This document shows, in pieces, positions 27,730 through 37,448 of a stretch of 64,000 nt of DNA. Position 1 is the stretch's first letter. Each line of letters begins with the position of its first letter. Under the pieces are notes generated by a model. That model searched no databases. It was given only the letters and a program-made list of their open reading frames with translations, and was not told the origin of the DNA. Origin of the DNA: an uncultured Planctomycetaceae bacterium (GTDB taxonomy: Bacteria; Planctomycetota; UBA1135; GCA-002686595); contig CAYXZD010000005.1 in the NCBI GenBank assembly GCA_964469565.1, forward strand, positions 43,463 through 107,462, read 5' to 3'. The position numbers were made by a program, and so were the translations under genes.

Positions 27730-28781
27730 GCCCCACAATTCAAACGTCCGGTGTCGAGAAGGTGAGCAATGAACTGCAAGAGCTCATCCGAGAAGTGACA
27801 CAGGGTGGCAACTCCATCTTTATGCAGACTCCTCCGAGCCCGTTGGGTGGTTCCCCACTAGATCCTCTGTACACAGACCAGGCATCGGGGTGGACACCGT
27901 CAGCCGCACACCTGGCCGTACACTATCGCGAGGAGCTTGCCTCCTTCATGCGGCAGGGTTGGGACAGTTGGGTAACCCGTTCCAGCTGCTTGGACACGGC
28001 TCACCCATCCGGTCTGGATCGAGAAGAGCGTCTTTCCCCTGACTTCATCGTGCGGCAGGGTACGAGCTTCCTCCAGGAATTGCCCCCAGCGCATGAAAAC
28101 GACTCTCCCCCCGCCTCCGCCATGGGGCTTTGCCGGGAGATGATCGATGGAGGGTGCGAATTGAACTCCGAGAGTTCACTACGCCTCATTCAGGCGGCCC
28201 GACAGTTGACAGACACCGACAAGATGCGGGTCTGCCATGCCAAGGCCCTCATGGACTACGGCGAAGACGCACAAGGTGAACGCTTGGCCCTGACTTGTAC
28301 AGGCTTGGGAACTGCCCCCCTCGTTCGAGCGAGTGCCTGGTCATTCATCGCTCAGTCCAAGCTCAAGAGTGTGGCGACTCCTACGACCGGCCACACACCC
28401 GTCGACGGGACTCAACGTCTGGGCTCGCCCCAATATCGAGCAGGGCAAGGCGAGTCGGTCAACGCGTGGATTGATGCACGCGATGCATACGTGCGCGCGT
28501 CTCAACTCGATCCGAGCACGACGATCTACAGCTTGGCGGGCTTCTTGAGCAGCCTCGTCATCGGAGATGCCAACGCAGCCTTGCAGGAAGCTGAATGTCT
28601 CGAAGCCCACAGTTCCTGGGGCGACGCAGAGATGTTCGCCCAGGCGGGCCACTTTTCCGCCCGCTACACACGGGCTCATCCGGCCCGTGCGAACGAATTC
28701 CAATCCACCCTCACTAAGATCGAAAGCCAACTCGGTCCCATTGCCTGGTACATCGCCCATGAAGTTTCTCAATCCAACTAA
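27726..28781 (+). CDS. Hypothetical soluble protein, translationally coupled to the HTH protein
   Basis: Start preferred at MSPTIQTSGVEKV (ATG 27726) within ORF 27474..28781. No TM segment or known motif recognised. The helical, repeat-like C-terminal half may be TPR-like. Confidence 0.55.
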   Translation: MSPTIQTSGVEKVSNELQELIREVTQGGNSIFMQTPPSPLGGSPLDPLYTDQASGWTPSAAHLAVHYREELASFMRQGWDSWVTRSSCLDTAHPSGLDREERLSPDFIVRQGTSFLQELPPAHENDSPPASAMGLCREMIDGGCELNSESSLRLIQAARQLTDTDKMRVCHAKALMDYGEDAQGERLALTCTGLGTAPLVRASAWSFIAQSKLKSVATPTTGHTPVDGTQRLGSPQYRAGQGESVNAWIDARDAYVRASQLDPSTTIYSLAGFLSSLVIGDANAALQEAECLEAHSSWGDAEMFAQAGHFSARYTRAHPARANEFQSTLTKIESQLGPIAWYIAHEVSQSN

Positions 28782-28938
28782 CCTGAAACGTGTCGTCTTG
28801 ATGGGGTTGCTCCTCTTGGGATGCGCCCTCGTCACGGTCGAGGTCTATGCCGGCCACCATCACAGTTCCGGCGGGCCGGGAGTCCTGCCCCCCCCTGCCA
28901 TGGGAATTGGAGCTCGCCACCACTACGGTCACGGCTAG
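28759..28938 (+). CDS. Candidate 59-aa His-rich mini-lipoprotein/membrane peptide
   Basis: ATG at 28759 in the frame of ORF 28567..28938: MKFLNPTNLKRVVLMGLLLLGCALVTVEVYAGHHHSSGGPGVLPPPAMGIGARHHYGHG. Basic N-region, hydrophobic core and lipobox-like LLGC. The mature part carries HHH and HHYGH clusters. Third codon positions are mostly G/C. Overlaps the upstream gene end by 23 nt. Confidence 0.4.
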   Translation: MKFLNPTNLKRVVLMGLLLLGCALVTVEVYAGHHHSSGGPGVLPPPAMGIGARHHYGHG

Positions 28939-29193
28939 CAGGCACTTCCCAATCACGACAAGCGGAAGGAGAGGCGGTGAGGAGGATTGAGCACCCCCAG
29001 CAGGGACTCCCCAATGACGGCTACGAATCCGAATAGGCTGCGAAGTCCCGTCCGCTTTTGGGCGGGACGCCGCAGCCTGCGGTTCGATTGGGCCATGCAT
29101 GACATCCGGCCCAAAATGGGCACGACTGGCCGCGCTCGTATGCCCAGCCAAGGCACGCTGGGCTCTCACTCAGAACTGAGAATCTGAGCTTTC

Positions 29194-30894
29194 TTGAAAC
29201 CATCAGATTCGGGGATCGTCTTCAGGGATGTGGATACGATTCGAGTAATGGGAGCCTCCCTCTCTGCAGGTGGCGCGGAGCGGGTCACGGTCGAAGGGCA
29301 ATTCACTGCAAACTCCCACTCCAAGGCAGAGGTTCTCATCACCGGGCTGCCCGACGCTGTGATTCGAGAGAGCCGCGGACGCATCTTGTGCGCCCTGCGC
29401 CAAAACCATCTGCAGCGGGGGGGCGGGAAGCTGTACCTCAATCTCGTCCCCGCGGCTCGCCCAAAGAGTGGGGAAATCCTCGACCTGCCGCTCGCCCTAG
29501 CCGGAGCGGGTGCCCAGGGGTATATCTCTCAAGCGCGCTTGGATAAGACCCTTTTCCTGGGGGAGGTGGGCATCGACGGGATCCTCCACGGCGTGCCAGG
29601 TGGACTGGCTGCGGGCCTGGCTGCCAGGCGAGAGGGTTTTGAAACACTGGTTGCCCCGCCGGCCACTGCAAGAGAGGCATCATTCGTACCCGGCCTAAAG
29701 GTGTTCGCCGCCAACCACCTTTCTGAGGTCGTCGCCCATCTCAATCCCCAGGGAACTCCAATCACCCCGCTGCCCCATCCTCCCCAGCAGGAAGGGAAAT
29801 GCAGCACGGCTCAGTTTGATGCGGTCCGCGGCCAGTCCGTCGCCAAGCATGCCCTGTGTGTGGCAGCCGCCGGGGGACACGGCATGCTCATGGTCGGGCC
29901 TCCGGGCGCGGGTAAGACCCTGCTTGCAAAAAGCCTCATCGACCTCCTCAGCCTCCCCGACATCGACGAACAACTCGAACTGTCCGCCTGCGATTCAGTT
30001 GAAGGCTCATGGCCAGGAAAACTACCCACGCGCCGGCCCCTGAGGGCCCCCCACCACAGCACGACCCATGCAGGTCTAATCGGCGGAGGGTCTCCCCTGT
30101 GCGCGGGAGAGGTCTCCCGCGCTCACCACGGGGTTCTCTTTCTCGATGAATTGCCCGAGTTTCGCCGAGAGGTGTTGGAAGCTCTCCGTCAACCACTCGA
30201 ATCAGGCGAGGTCCATCTCGCACGGGCGGGAAGACACGCTTGCCTGCCCGCCCGCTTCCAACTCATCACTGCCATGAACCCTTGTCCTTGTGGGTTCCAC
30301 GGCCACCCCCGTGTTCCTTGCGCCTGCGCCCCCCGCAGCGTCACTCGCTATCGCCAACGCATTTCCGGTCCACTCCTCGACCGAATCGACCTGCGACTGG
30401 AAATCCCCCCCACTGACGTTCACGAGCTCTTGCCCGAATTGCCAAGGGGGCCGAAGTCAAGTGCATGCCCACAACCTCAGCCTAGTCACCCAGAGTCCAC
30501 GGACCCTGCACCTTCCACCGCCAGAGCCATGAACTCGATCACATACCCGGGAACCACTGATGCTCACCGGGGATTATCAGGGGCCTCAGCCCTCAAACTC
30601 ATCGCACTCGCCGGTCGGACGAGGACGGCACGGGGCCAGTCGGTCCCCAATGCCCGCTTGGCCACTCAAGAACTTGACCAGCATTGCACCATCGATGCCG
30701 AATCCCGGGAGATTCTCCAGCAGTTCGCGGTGCACCGGGGCTTTTCAGCCCGAGCCCTACAGTCCCTACGCCGGGTCGCCCGTACCCTCGCCGACCTAGA
30801 GGGAGAACACAAGGTTCAATCCTCTCACCTCGCCGGTGCATTCGCCCTGCGGGCCCCATTGAACCTGAACGGCAGACAGCGGGGCACTGCATGA
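29194..30894 (+). CDS. comM: YifB/ComM family Mg-chelatase-like AAA+ ATPase
   Basis: VTVEGQF...ITGLPDAVIRESRGRILCAL (ChlI/Lon-like N-domain), Walker A MVGPPGAGKTLLA, GVLFLDELPEF, FQLITAMNPCPCG, ISGPLLDRIDL, and a C-terminal Mg_chelatase_C-like region. The start may be M19 (29248). A low-complexity insert (PKSSACPQPQPSHPESTDPAPSTA) is present. Confidence 0.88.
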   Translation: MKPSDSGIVFRDVDTIRVMGASLSAGGAERVTVEGQFTANSHSKAEVLITGLPDAVIRESRGRILCALRQNHLQRGGGKLYLNLVPAARPKSGEILDLPLALAGAGAQGYISQARLDKTLFLGEVGIDGILHGVPGGLAAGLAARREGFETLVAPPATAREASFVPGLKVFAANHLSEVVAHLNPQGTPITPLPHPPQQEGKCSTAQFDAVRGQSVAKHALCVAAAGGHGMLMVGPPGAGKTLLAKSLIDLLSLPDIDEQLELSACDSVEGSWPGKLPTRRPLRAPHHSTTHAGLIGGGSPLCAGEVSRAHHGVLFLDELPEFRREVLEALRQPLESGEVHLARAGRHACLPARFQLITAMNPCPCGFHGHPRVPCACAPRSVTRYRQRISGPLLDRIDLRLEIPPTDVHELLPELPRGPKSSACPQPQPSHPESTDPAPSTARAMNSITYPGTTDAHRGLSGASALKLIALAGRTRTARGQSVPNARLATQELDQHCTIDAESREILQQFAVHRGFSARALQSLRRVARTLADLEGEHKVQSSHLAGAFALRAPLNLNGRQRGTA

Positions 30895-30937
30895 GCGCGC
30901 TCAGCCCAGCCCCACCGCTGGCCTGCTGAGTCGACAC

Positions 30938-32209
30938 CTACTCGTGTCGCAGAGCCTCAACCGGATCCATGTTGGCCGCTCGCCAAGCCGGGTACAGGCC
31001 AAAAATGACACCCGTCGCCACCGAGATGGCAAAGGCGAACACAGGCGCCTGCACGGTCACGATGGTGCGCATATCCCCAGCAGCTTCAACAATCTGCGGA
31101 ATGATCAAGCCGAGGATTACGCCGGCCACACCTCCACACCCCGATAGCACCACGGTCTCCACTAAGAACTGGGTCACAATGTGTCGGCGTTTGGCCCCTA
31201 GGGCCCGACGAATACCGATCTCGCGCGTACGCTCGGTCACCGTCGCCAGCATCACATTCATGATGCCGATTCCGCCCACAAGCAATGAGATGCCAGCGAT
31301 ACTGGCAAGCACGATGGAGAAGATGCGCTTGGTCTCCTGGGCGCGTAACAGAAGTTCTAGGGGCACGATAACCTCATAGTCCTTTTGTTTGTGATTGTTG
31401 GTCAACATGGTGCGGCAAGCGTCCGCAATCATGGACACGTCCGAATCCCGCTTGACCGACACGATGACTTCGTGCAGCTGCACTTCTTGAGCGTCCATTG
31501 TGCCGCTGCGAATCTTGATCTGTCGCTCACCAAAGATGCGCTGGCCCGTCTCTAGGGGGATGAAGACCTCGCCCCCCACCTCTGTTCCAGGGTCCCTTTG
31601 AATTGAACCGATGGGAGTCCGGGGATACATCACACCGACCACGTCAAAGTAGTTTGCGCCCACCTTGACCTGCTCACCAAGGGCCGACTTGAACGGAAAC
31701 AGATAGCGCGCCACCTCGTAGCCCACAACGCAAACGCCCGCCGTAGCGAGACCGTCCCGTTCGTGCAAAAAGCGGCCCTCCATCATGATCCGGCCTGTGA
31801 CTTTCTGATAAGCGGGATCCACACACATGACTCGCGGCGAGCAGGAACGCGGCCCCGAACGCACCTCCTCGGGAACGTCTAGAATGGCCACGACAGCCTC
31901 AACTCCTGGGTATGTCTCTGCAACGCGCGCATGATCCTCATGGGTGAGCCCATATGAAAGCACGCGGGACTCTTGCTCGGAGACCATGTCCTCGGGGGGT
32001 TTGACGCTGCGCAGAATCACGTTGCGCGATCCCAGCTGGCGGATTTGTTCCTGGGCCTCAACGCTGGCGCCCTCGGCAATCGCCAGCATTGCAATCACGC
32101 TGGACACCCCGAACAGCACGCCAAGCGTTGTCAAGAACGAGCGCAGCTTGTGGAGAAGCAGGCTGCTGATTCCGAGCCGTACGGCTCGCATAAGGGTGGA
32201 GGACTGCAT
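30938..32209 (-). CDS. MacB-type ABC transporter permease (MacB periplasmic core domain plus FtsX domain)
   Basis: MRAVRLGISSLLLHKLRSFLTTLGVLFGVSSVIAMLAI, a large periplasmic domain, then LLVGGIGIMNVMLATVTERTREIGIRRALGAKRRHI (FtsX motif). Confidence 0.9.
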   Translation of the reverse strand: MQSSTLMRAVRLGISSLLLHKLRSFLTTLGVLFGVSSVIAMLAIAEGASVEAQEQIRQLGSRNVILRSVKPPEDMVSEQESRVLSYGLTHEDHARVAETYPGVEAVVAILDVPEEVRSGPRSCSPRVMCVDPAYQKVTGRIMMEGRFLHERDGLATAGVCVVGYEVARYLFPFKSALGEQVKVGANYFDVVGVMYPRTPIGSIQRDPGTEVGGEVFIPLETGQRIFGERQIKIRSGTMDAQEVQLHEVIVSVKRDSDVSMIADACRTMLTNNHKQKDYEVIVPLELLLRAQETKRIFSIVLASIAGISLLVGGIGIMNVMLATVTERTREIGIRRALGAKRRHIVTQFLVETVVLSGCGGVAGVILGLIIPQIVEAAGDMRTIVTVQAPVFAFAISVATGVIFGLYPAWRAANMDPVEALRHE

Positions 32210-32221
32210 GGGCTAAGGGGA

Positions 32222-32974
32222 CTAGCGCTGGTTGAATTGCACGTCTTCGATGGTGCCGTCCTTGAGGCGCAAGATGCGCTCAGCACGCTCTCCCACGGAA
32301 GGCTCGTGGGTCACGATCAGGATTGTCTTCCCCTCATCATGAAGTTCGTCAAAGAGCTCGAGAATCTCTTGAGCCGTCTTGCTATCGAGGTTGCCTGTAG
32401 CTTCATCGGCCAGAATCAATGCGGGGTCGTTGATCAGCGAGCGAGCAATGGCCACGCGCTGCTGTTGTCCACCTGAGAGTTCAGCCGGACGATGTTCGAG
32501 TCGGTCCCCAAGTCCCACACGCTGAGCGAGGGCAATCGCGCGCTCCTCGATCCCGTCGGGCGCATCATCCTGATAGAGCACCGGCATGAGGATGTTCTCA
32601 AGCACGTTCAGCTGCTGAATCAAGTTGTAGGACTGAAAAATGAAACCGAGCTCATTCCCTCTCAATTCAGAGAGTTGATCATCGTCGAGCCCGCTCACGG
32701 CCTGACCGCGCACACGATACTCACCGAAAGTGGGGCGATCGATACAGCCAAGTATATTGAGCAGTGTTGATTTTCCAGAACCCGAACTTCCCATCACAGC
32801 CCAGTACTCCCCGCGGCCGAACTGAAAGCTCAGATTATCGAGGGCTCGCACCTCTTCCCCGGCCATGGGATAGACGCGGGAAACGCCCTGCAGATCAGCC
32901 ACAATCTCCCGGGACGATCCCCCCACATGGTCTGCATCGGCTCCGGAGCGGGTTTGGATGTCTGCCTCGTTCAC
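32222..32974 (-). CDS. ABC transporter ATP-binding protein (MacB/LolD subfamily)
   Basis: Walker [14 protein letters not shown]-loop FIFQSYNL, signature [15 protein letters not shown], Walker [13 protein letters not shown]-loop VTHE. Confidence 0.93.
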   Translation of the reverse strand: MNEADIQTRSGADADHVGGSSREIVADLQGVSRVYPMAGEEVRALDNLSFQFGRGEYWAVMGSSGSGKSTLLNILGCIDRPTFGEYRVRGQAVSGLDDDQLSELRGNELGFIFQSYNLIQQLNVLENILMPVLYQDDAPDGIEERAIALAQRVGLGDRLEHRPAELSGGQQQRVAIARSLINDPALILADEATGNLDSKTAQEILELFDELHDEGKTILIVTHEPSVGERAERILRLKDGTIEDVQFNQR

Positions 32975-34671
32975 TGGTTGGAACCCGCTCCCGCACCATG
33001 GTCCGCACCGCCGCCAGGCCGACCGCCTCCTGATCTGAATCGCTTGCGCGCAGCTGCCTGCTCTTCCTCCGACATGTTCTGGAAGCGCTCCCGCATGGCC
33101 TGCCGCTGTTCTTCACTGAGTCCACCGGACGCAGGGGGCCCCGTGGCTGCCTCTGGTTTTTCAGAAACGTCTCCCGATTCCAACTCTGGCAGGTCTTCTG
33201 GAGCGTCTTCCTCAGGAGGTGCCTGCGGCTCCCAGCTTGGGGGTGGAGACAGTAGGACGGTTTCACCCTCAGCGAGTCCTGAAACCACGTGGGCCCACTT
33301 GTTGTTGTCGTGCCCCACCTCAATGGAGCGTTGCTCGATACTCCCGCCCTCCCGAACAAAGCAGATGGGCAGCCCCGCATCTAGAAACACGGATTGGACT
33401 GGGACGTACAAAACGTCCTGCAAGTCATCCACAAGGATTTCGATGCTACAGGACATCCCGGGACGCATGTCTGCCACCTCCTGGGTCAGGGCAACCTCCG
33501 TGGCATACAAGCGTTGATTGGGATTGCTCATCCAGCTCCCAGAGTCAGCCACGGCGGCTACTGAGGCCACTTGCCCATGAAACACCTCGCCCCTCAGAGC
33601 ATCGATCTTAATCAGACACGCAAGGCCCACCCTGACCTTGTCGAGCTTAGTCTCATGTAGGCTGACGTCCGCGACCATGCCCCCGGCGCGCGGAATGGTG
33701 ACAATCGCTTGGCGTTCATACACCTCGGCCCCTTCTTGAGGCACCTGATCTTGCCCGTGTCGGGATCGCGTCCGTGCGTACACAACAAGGCCAGCCTCGG
33801 GCGCCCGCAAGACGCCCTTGGAAATCTGGTCCTTGAGTTTGTCGTGCTTTTCTTCCTGCCGCTCTAGCTCACGCTCGGCCGTGCGACGCGCCGCATCAAA
33901 GTCTACCAATCGCGCCGCAGCTTGCTTCTTGACGACCTCAAGGTCTCGCTGCCGCGACTCCACAGAGGCCTGCAGCTCCTTGCGCTTGGCCCGGTCGCCA
34001 TAGGATTTCTTGAGATTGCGATCCCGCACCGCCTGATCGTGGGAGATTCCAGCACTGGTAACGTTGAGCTGATCGCGGTCCAGCTCTGTCTTTTGGACAA
34101 AGCCCTTTTCATAGAGCTTTGTCGTCCACGCCAGAGTCTCTTCAGCCTGCTTGATTCGCTCTTCAGCTAGAACAATAGCCTCATTGGCCCGGGCGAGCTC
34201 ACCATCCCATTCTCCTTCATCAGCGATATAGGCCTCCAACTTAAGCTGGGCGAGTTCCATGGAAAGTACGGCCTCAGCCTCATCACTCGCATTCTGAATG
34301 ACCTGGATCTCGTACTGCTCTTGGGCTTTCACCAATGAGGAACGTGCCCGATCCACGCTAATGGCCTGATCAACGAGTCGATCCTCATGGCCTGATGTAT
34401 CGAGCTCACACACCACATCGCCAGCCTCTACACGCGTGCCCTCCTCGATGAGGTAGATGATATTGGCACGGCCTTCCAGTTCATTCACGAGACGGGCGGA
34501 ATCCTTGGCCTCAAGGTTGCCCCTAGACAGTTCGGAAATGCGCAGGTCCCCCCGTTTGACCACAGCACCTGCGAGGGAATCGGTTTGTTCATCTCCTACC
34601 CCCCACATCATGGAATAGATGAGAATTGCAAGCAGGACGAAAGGCACGGAGAGAGCGAGTTTTCGGTTCAT
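32971..34671 (-). CDS. HlyD/MacA-family periplasmic adaptor (membrane fusion protein) with a long coiled coil and an acidic/Pro-rich C-terminal tail
   Basis: N-terminal TM anchor, biotinyl-lipoyl-like VEAGDVVCELD, an extended coiled-coil segment, then beta-barrel/MP-proximal regions (GMSCSIEI, VPVQSVF). About 100 aa of low-complexity tail. 4-nt overlaps with both neighbours. Confidence 0.88.
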   Translation of the reverse strand: MNRKLALSVPFVLLAILIYSMMWGVGDEQTDSLAGAVVKRGDLRISELSRGNLEAKDSARLVNELEGRANIIYLIEEGTRVEAGDVVCELDTSGHEDRLVDQAISVDRARSSLVKAQEQYEIQVIQNASDEAEAVLSMELAQLKLEAYIADEGEWDGELARANEAIVLAEERIKQAEETLAWTTKLYEKGFVQKTELDRDQLNVTSAGISHDQAVRDRNLKKSYGDRAKRKELQASVESRQRDLEVVKKQAAARLVDFDAARRTAERELERQEEKHDKLKDQISKGVLRAPEAGLVVYARTRSRHGQDQVPQEGAEVYERQAIVTIPRAGGMVADVSLHETKLDKVRVGLACLIKIDALRGEVFHGQVASVAAVADSGSWMSNPNQRLYATEVALTQEVADMRPGMSCSIEILVDDLQDVLYVPVQSVFLDAGLPICFVREGGSIEQRSIEVGHDNNKWAHVVSGLAEGETVLLSPPPSWEPQAPPEEDAPEDLPELESGDVSEKPEAATGPPASGGLSEEQRQAMRERFQNMSEEEQAAARKRFRSGGGRPGGGADHGAGAGSNQ

Positions 34672-36374
34672 GGTTGAGATCCCTGGTCAAGATTGAGCAG
34701 GCTCTGGATCGAGTCTTGAGCCACATGGATGCCATTCTCATCCACGCTGAGAGCCTCTAGTTGAAGATACAGATTGAAGCGCGCTAGGTTGTAGGCAATC
34801 AAAGAAGCCGTCACATTGTTTTCAGCGCGCACCATCGCAGCCTGTGCATCCAAGAGATCGCGCGTCTCCGCACGGCCTGCGGCTAGGTTCAGTTGAGAGC
34901 TCTCCACACGTCGCTTGGCGAGGGCCACAGCTCCGCGCTGGATAATCGTGCTCTGTTGTGTGTCGCGCACGTCCCTGAACACATCCCGGATTTCCGCAAC
35001 CATGGCGTCCTCAGCCTGCTCCAAGGAGCGGCGGGCGGCTGCAAGAGAGATTCGCGCACTGCGCAGACTGTTGCGCTCGCTCACCCGATCGATGGGAAGG
35101 TCGAGAGCCAAGCTCACACTCCAGGCCGCGTCCTGGAAGCGGATAGCATCCAATTCCCCAGTGCCCCCGGGGGTTCCGGCCGTTCCATTCAGACCCAGAT
35201 CCACGCCTATGCGCAGGGCATCCTCGGCAAGGAGGATTCGTCGCTCTGCATCTTCAACTCGGTCAACCACAGTCATGTGGTCGAGCCTGTGCGAGAGAGC
35301 GTATCGGCTCGCGAGTTCTGCATCCATCGCGTCCAATGATGAATCCCCCTCCAGCAAGCCGGCGAATTCTGCTGGATCGAGGCGTAGGGTGACACCCACT
35401 GGCAGGCCTAGGAACAGATTGAATTGATCCTCTTGGCGAGCAAGATTAGCCTGCAGATTGATGATCCGGTTCTCCGAGCTCAGCTCATCTTGACTTGCTT
35501 GGTCCGCTTGAATATCCGATAAACGCCCTGCAGCAGCCATTGCCTCGTTACGCTCGCGCAGACGCACGAGATCGGCATAATTTCGTTCCTCATTGGTCAA
35601 CTCATCAATCGTCTGCAGCAGCCCGTAGACTCTGCGGGCAACGTCGACGGCATACGTACGTCTGAATCGCTCGTAGTCCCTCACGGCGTAGACTAGATTC
35701 CGTTCGGATTGAGTCAGCGGCTCGGTCGCAATCGCGAGCCCCGCACCGCGCATAAGGGGTTGGGTAATCGACAGACTCAGGTCAGCGCTTTCTGTCCAGG
35801 GGGCACCGGATGAGACGATGCGAAACATGTTCGCACCGAGGGAGGCGACGATACTGGCACCTGAACCCAAGAGTGTACTGAGTCCAGTGGAGGCGCTCGC
35901 ATCGGCATCCAGAGGATCGTCGCCCACGCCACTGACAGTTCCGTCTGCCCTCGCAAATGGGCGCCACGAGTAGCGCCAGCGCTCCAGAGTAAGGTCTAGA
36001 GCACTTCGGTATAGACTCTCGCGCTGGCTCTGCACCTCGCGGCTGTTTTCCGCCGCGATCTCTAAGCACTCGACGAGGGTCATCAGCCTCGATTCATCCC
36101 ATTCCCCGCGAAGAATCTGCTGGCGCAGACTGTCCTCGGGCGGATCCAACGTGAAAGAGGTGCTGCCGTCCACAATGGCCTCACAGCGTTGTTCTATCAG
36201 CGCATAGACTTCTTGATCCGCCTCTGCGGCATAGCTGTCAGCTGAGCGGCACGACAACCCGGCCAAGGTGATGGCACAGAAAACGCTTCCCTGCACGGCT
36301 CCAAGACGTCGCGAGCAGGAACCCTTCGATGTGGGCGCAGATTTGTGGATCAGGGGCACGATGAACTGGAACAT
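34668..36374 (-). CDS. TolC-family outer membrane efflux protein
   Basis: 568 aa. Two OEP-like repeats with the characteristic helical-hairpin heptad pattern (e.g. SLYRSALDLTLERWRY, AMVRAENNVTASLIAYNLARFNLYLQLEAL). First gene of the tolC-hlyD-ABC-permease operon. Confidence 0.85.
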   Translation of the reverse strand: MFQFIVPLIHKSAPTSKGSCSRRLGAVQGSVFCAITLAGLSCRSADSYAAEADQEVYALIEQRCEAIVDGSTSFTLDPPEDSLRQQILRGEWDESRLMTLVECLEIAAENSREVQSQRESLYRSALDLTLERWRYSWRPFARADGTVSGVGDDPLDADASASTGLSTLLGSGASIVASLGANMFRIVSSGAPWTESADLSLSITQPLMRGAGLAIATEPLTQSERNLVYAVRDYERFRRTYAVDVARRVYGLLQTIDELTNEERNYADLVRLRERNEAMAAAGRLSDIQADQASQDELSSENRIINLQANLARQEDQFNLFLGLPVGVTLRLDPAEFAGLLEGDSSLDAMDAELASRYALSHRLDHMTVVDRVEDAERRILLAEDALRIGVDLGLNGTAGTPGGTGELDAIRFQDAAWSVSLALDLPIDRVSERNSLRSARISLAAARRSLEQAEDAMVAEIRDVFRDVRDTQQSTIIQRGAVALAKRRVESSQLNLAAGRAETRDLLDAQAAMVRAENNVTASLIAYNLARFNLYLQLEALSVDENGIHVAQDSIQSLLNLDQGSQP

Positions 36375-36583
36375 CCCCGGGAGGGGTGCAGGGAAGGTAG
36401 ATTGGGGAACCTGTCCGCAGCGTGGCGGAACATGGGGGGATTTTACCCCGGAATCTTACGCTACCGTAGGCGTTCCAAGCCCGGCCATAGCCTCACGGGT
36501 AAAGGATACGTCTAACCCGGAGCCTTGGTGGCGACTGCCCATCCTGTGGCCATCGCTACGCACCAGGCCGATGGCCGTAAGAG

Positions 36584-37330
36584 TTACCGTACGCCCCACT
36601 CTGTCAACAAGGCCGCGTAGGTGGCGGGGTCTACCCTCTCGGCTCGCCTGCCATTTGGCCACTCTCGAGCGAGGACGCTGCTGCCCTGCAATGTCCAGGA
36701 CCCTAGGGGAGTCCCATTCTCTGATTGCATTCTGTAGACGCGCTTCACTGTCCCTTCCCCTGGGTCCGCCCTGGAACTGTGCACCAGTTCGCATTCAACC
36801 TGGTGAGCTTCCACCCGCCCGCGCAGGGGCACGACCCCCTGGAATGGAGCATTTGGGTGCTCATTGCGACGCAGCAGTTCGAGGAACTCGAGCGGCATCA
36901 GCGCACCTGCAGTTCCCTGGAGATCGGTGCGTATTGCAGGGCCCCCGGCCCATGTCAGCGCCTTCAGAGACGGATCACCCTGACGGCCCTCAAGAACCCA
37001 AATGCGCCCAGTCTCCAGTCCCGGCCCCACCTCCCTCCACACGAGCCTACGGGAATCGCCACGCCGTCGTTCCGTGACATAAACCCGGACGCCATCCATG
37101 AAACACAATTCCTGCTCATGCAGAGCTCCTCCAACCACGGGTGTGCGTCGCAGGGACATGACTCCTACGGGCTGTGCACCATCATGGAGGGCAAAGGTCT
37201 CCTGGATTGAGCCCGCGTGGGCGCATTCAATGCCCCCATACTCCGCGCTCACGCGATCGAGGGGGGTCGCGGCGAGTGCAGCCATCCAAAGCGTGGCTGC
37301 CCCCATCCAATTCGAGGCTCCGATACCCAT
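36584..37330 (-). CDS. Hypothetical secreted protein
   Basis: ORF 36584..37402. Start preferred at MGIGASNWMGAATLWMAALAATPLDR (signal-peptide-like; CAT 37328-37330). No family recognised. Lies 46 nt downstream of the upstream membrane-protein gene on the same strand. Confidence 0.55.
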   Translation of the reverse strand: MGIGASNWMGAATLWMAALAATPLDRVSAEYGGIECAHAGSIQETFALHDGAQPVGVMSLRRTPVVGGALHEQELCFMDGVRVYVTERRRGDSRRLVWREVGPGLETGRIWVLEGRQGDPSLKALTWAGGPAIRTDLQGTAGALMPLEFLELLRRNEHPNAPFQGVVPLRGRVEAHQVECELVHSSRADPGEGTVKRVYRMQSENGTPLGSWTLQGSSVLAREWPNGRRAERVDPATYAALLTEWGVR

Positions 37331-37448
37331 ACCCAGCCTATCGCCCCCCGGGCATGAATCCTTGAGCACTCCCCCCTCCAACCGCTCGATCAGCCCGCCC
37401 ACCCTCCAAGAACCACTCCAGAGCTACATCAACGCCCCTAAAGCCGTC

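Noticed and set aside
29045-29068. Hairpin GTCCCG(T)CC-GCTTTTG-GGCGGGAC downstream of the mini-ORF, considered as a terminator. Also a nearby GGTTCGATT, considered as a tRNA T-loop.
   Set aside because: The stem has 8 bp with a bulge and no downstream T-tract. The T-loop-like string has no complementary T-stem or acceptor arms. I found no tRNA anywhere in the window.
28987-29187. 66-aa plus-strand ORF in the gap before comM. Also other 60-100 aa ORFs in intergenic gaps: 9540-9821, 9619-9873, 10231-10416 and 22396-22596.
   Set aside because: The compositions are Arg/Pro/Ser-rich with no signal peptides, motifs or coupling to neighbours. They are indistinguishable from random ORFs in GC-rich DNA.
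30895-30937. An imperfect nested hairpin (CTCAGC/CCAGC ... GCTGG/GCTGAG) between the convergent comM and macB-type permease genes, considered as a bidirectional terminator
   Set aside because: The stems are short and interrupted by a 3-nt asymmetry, and no T-tracts are present. That is insufficient support.
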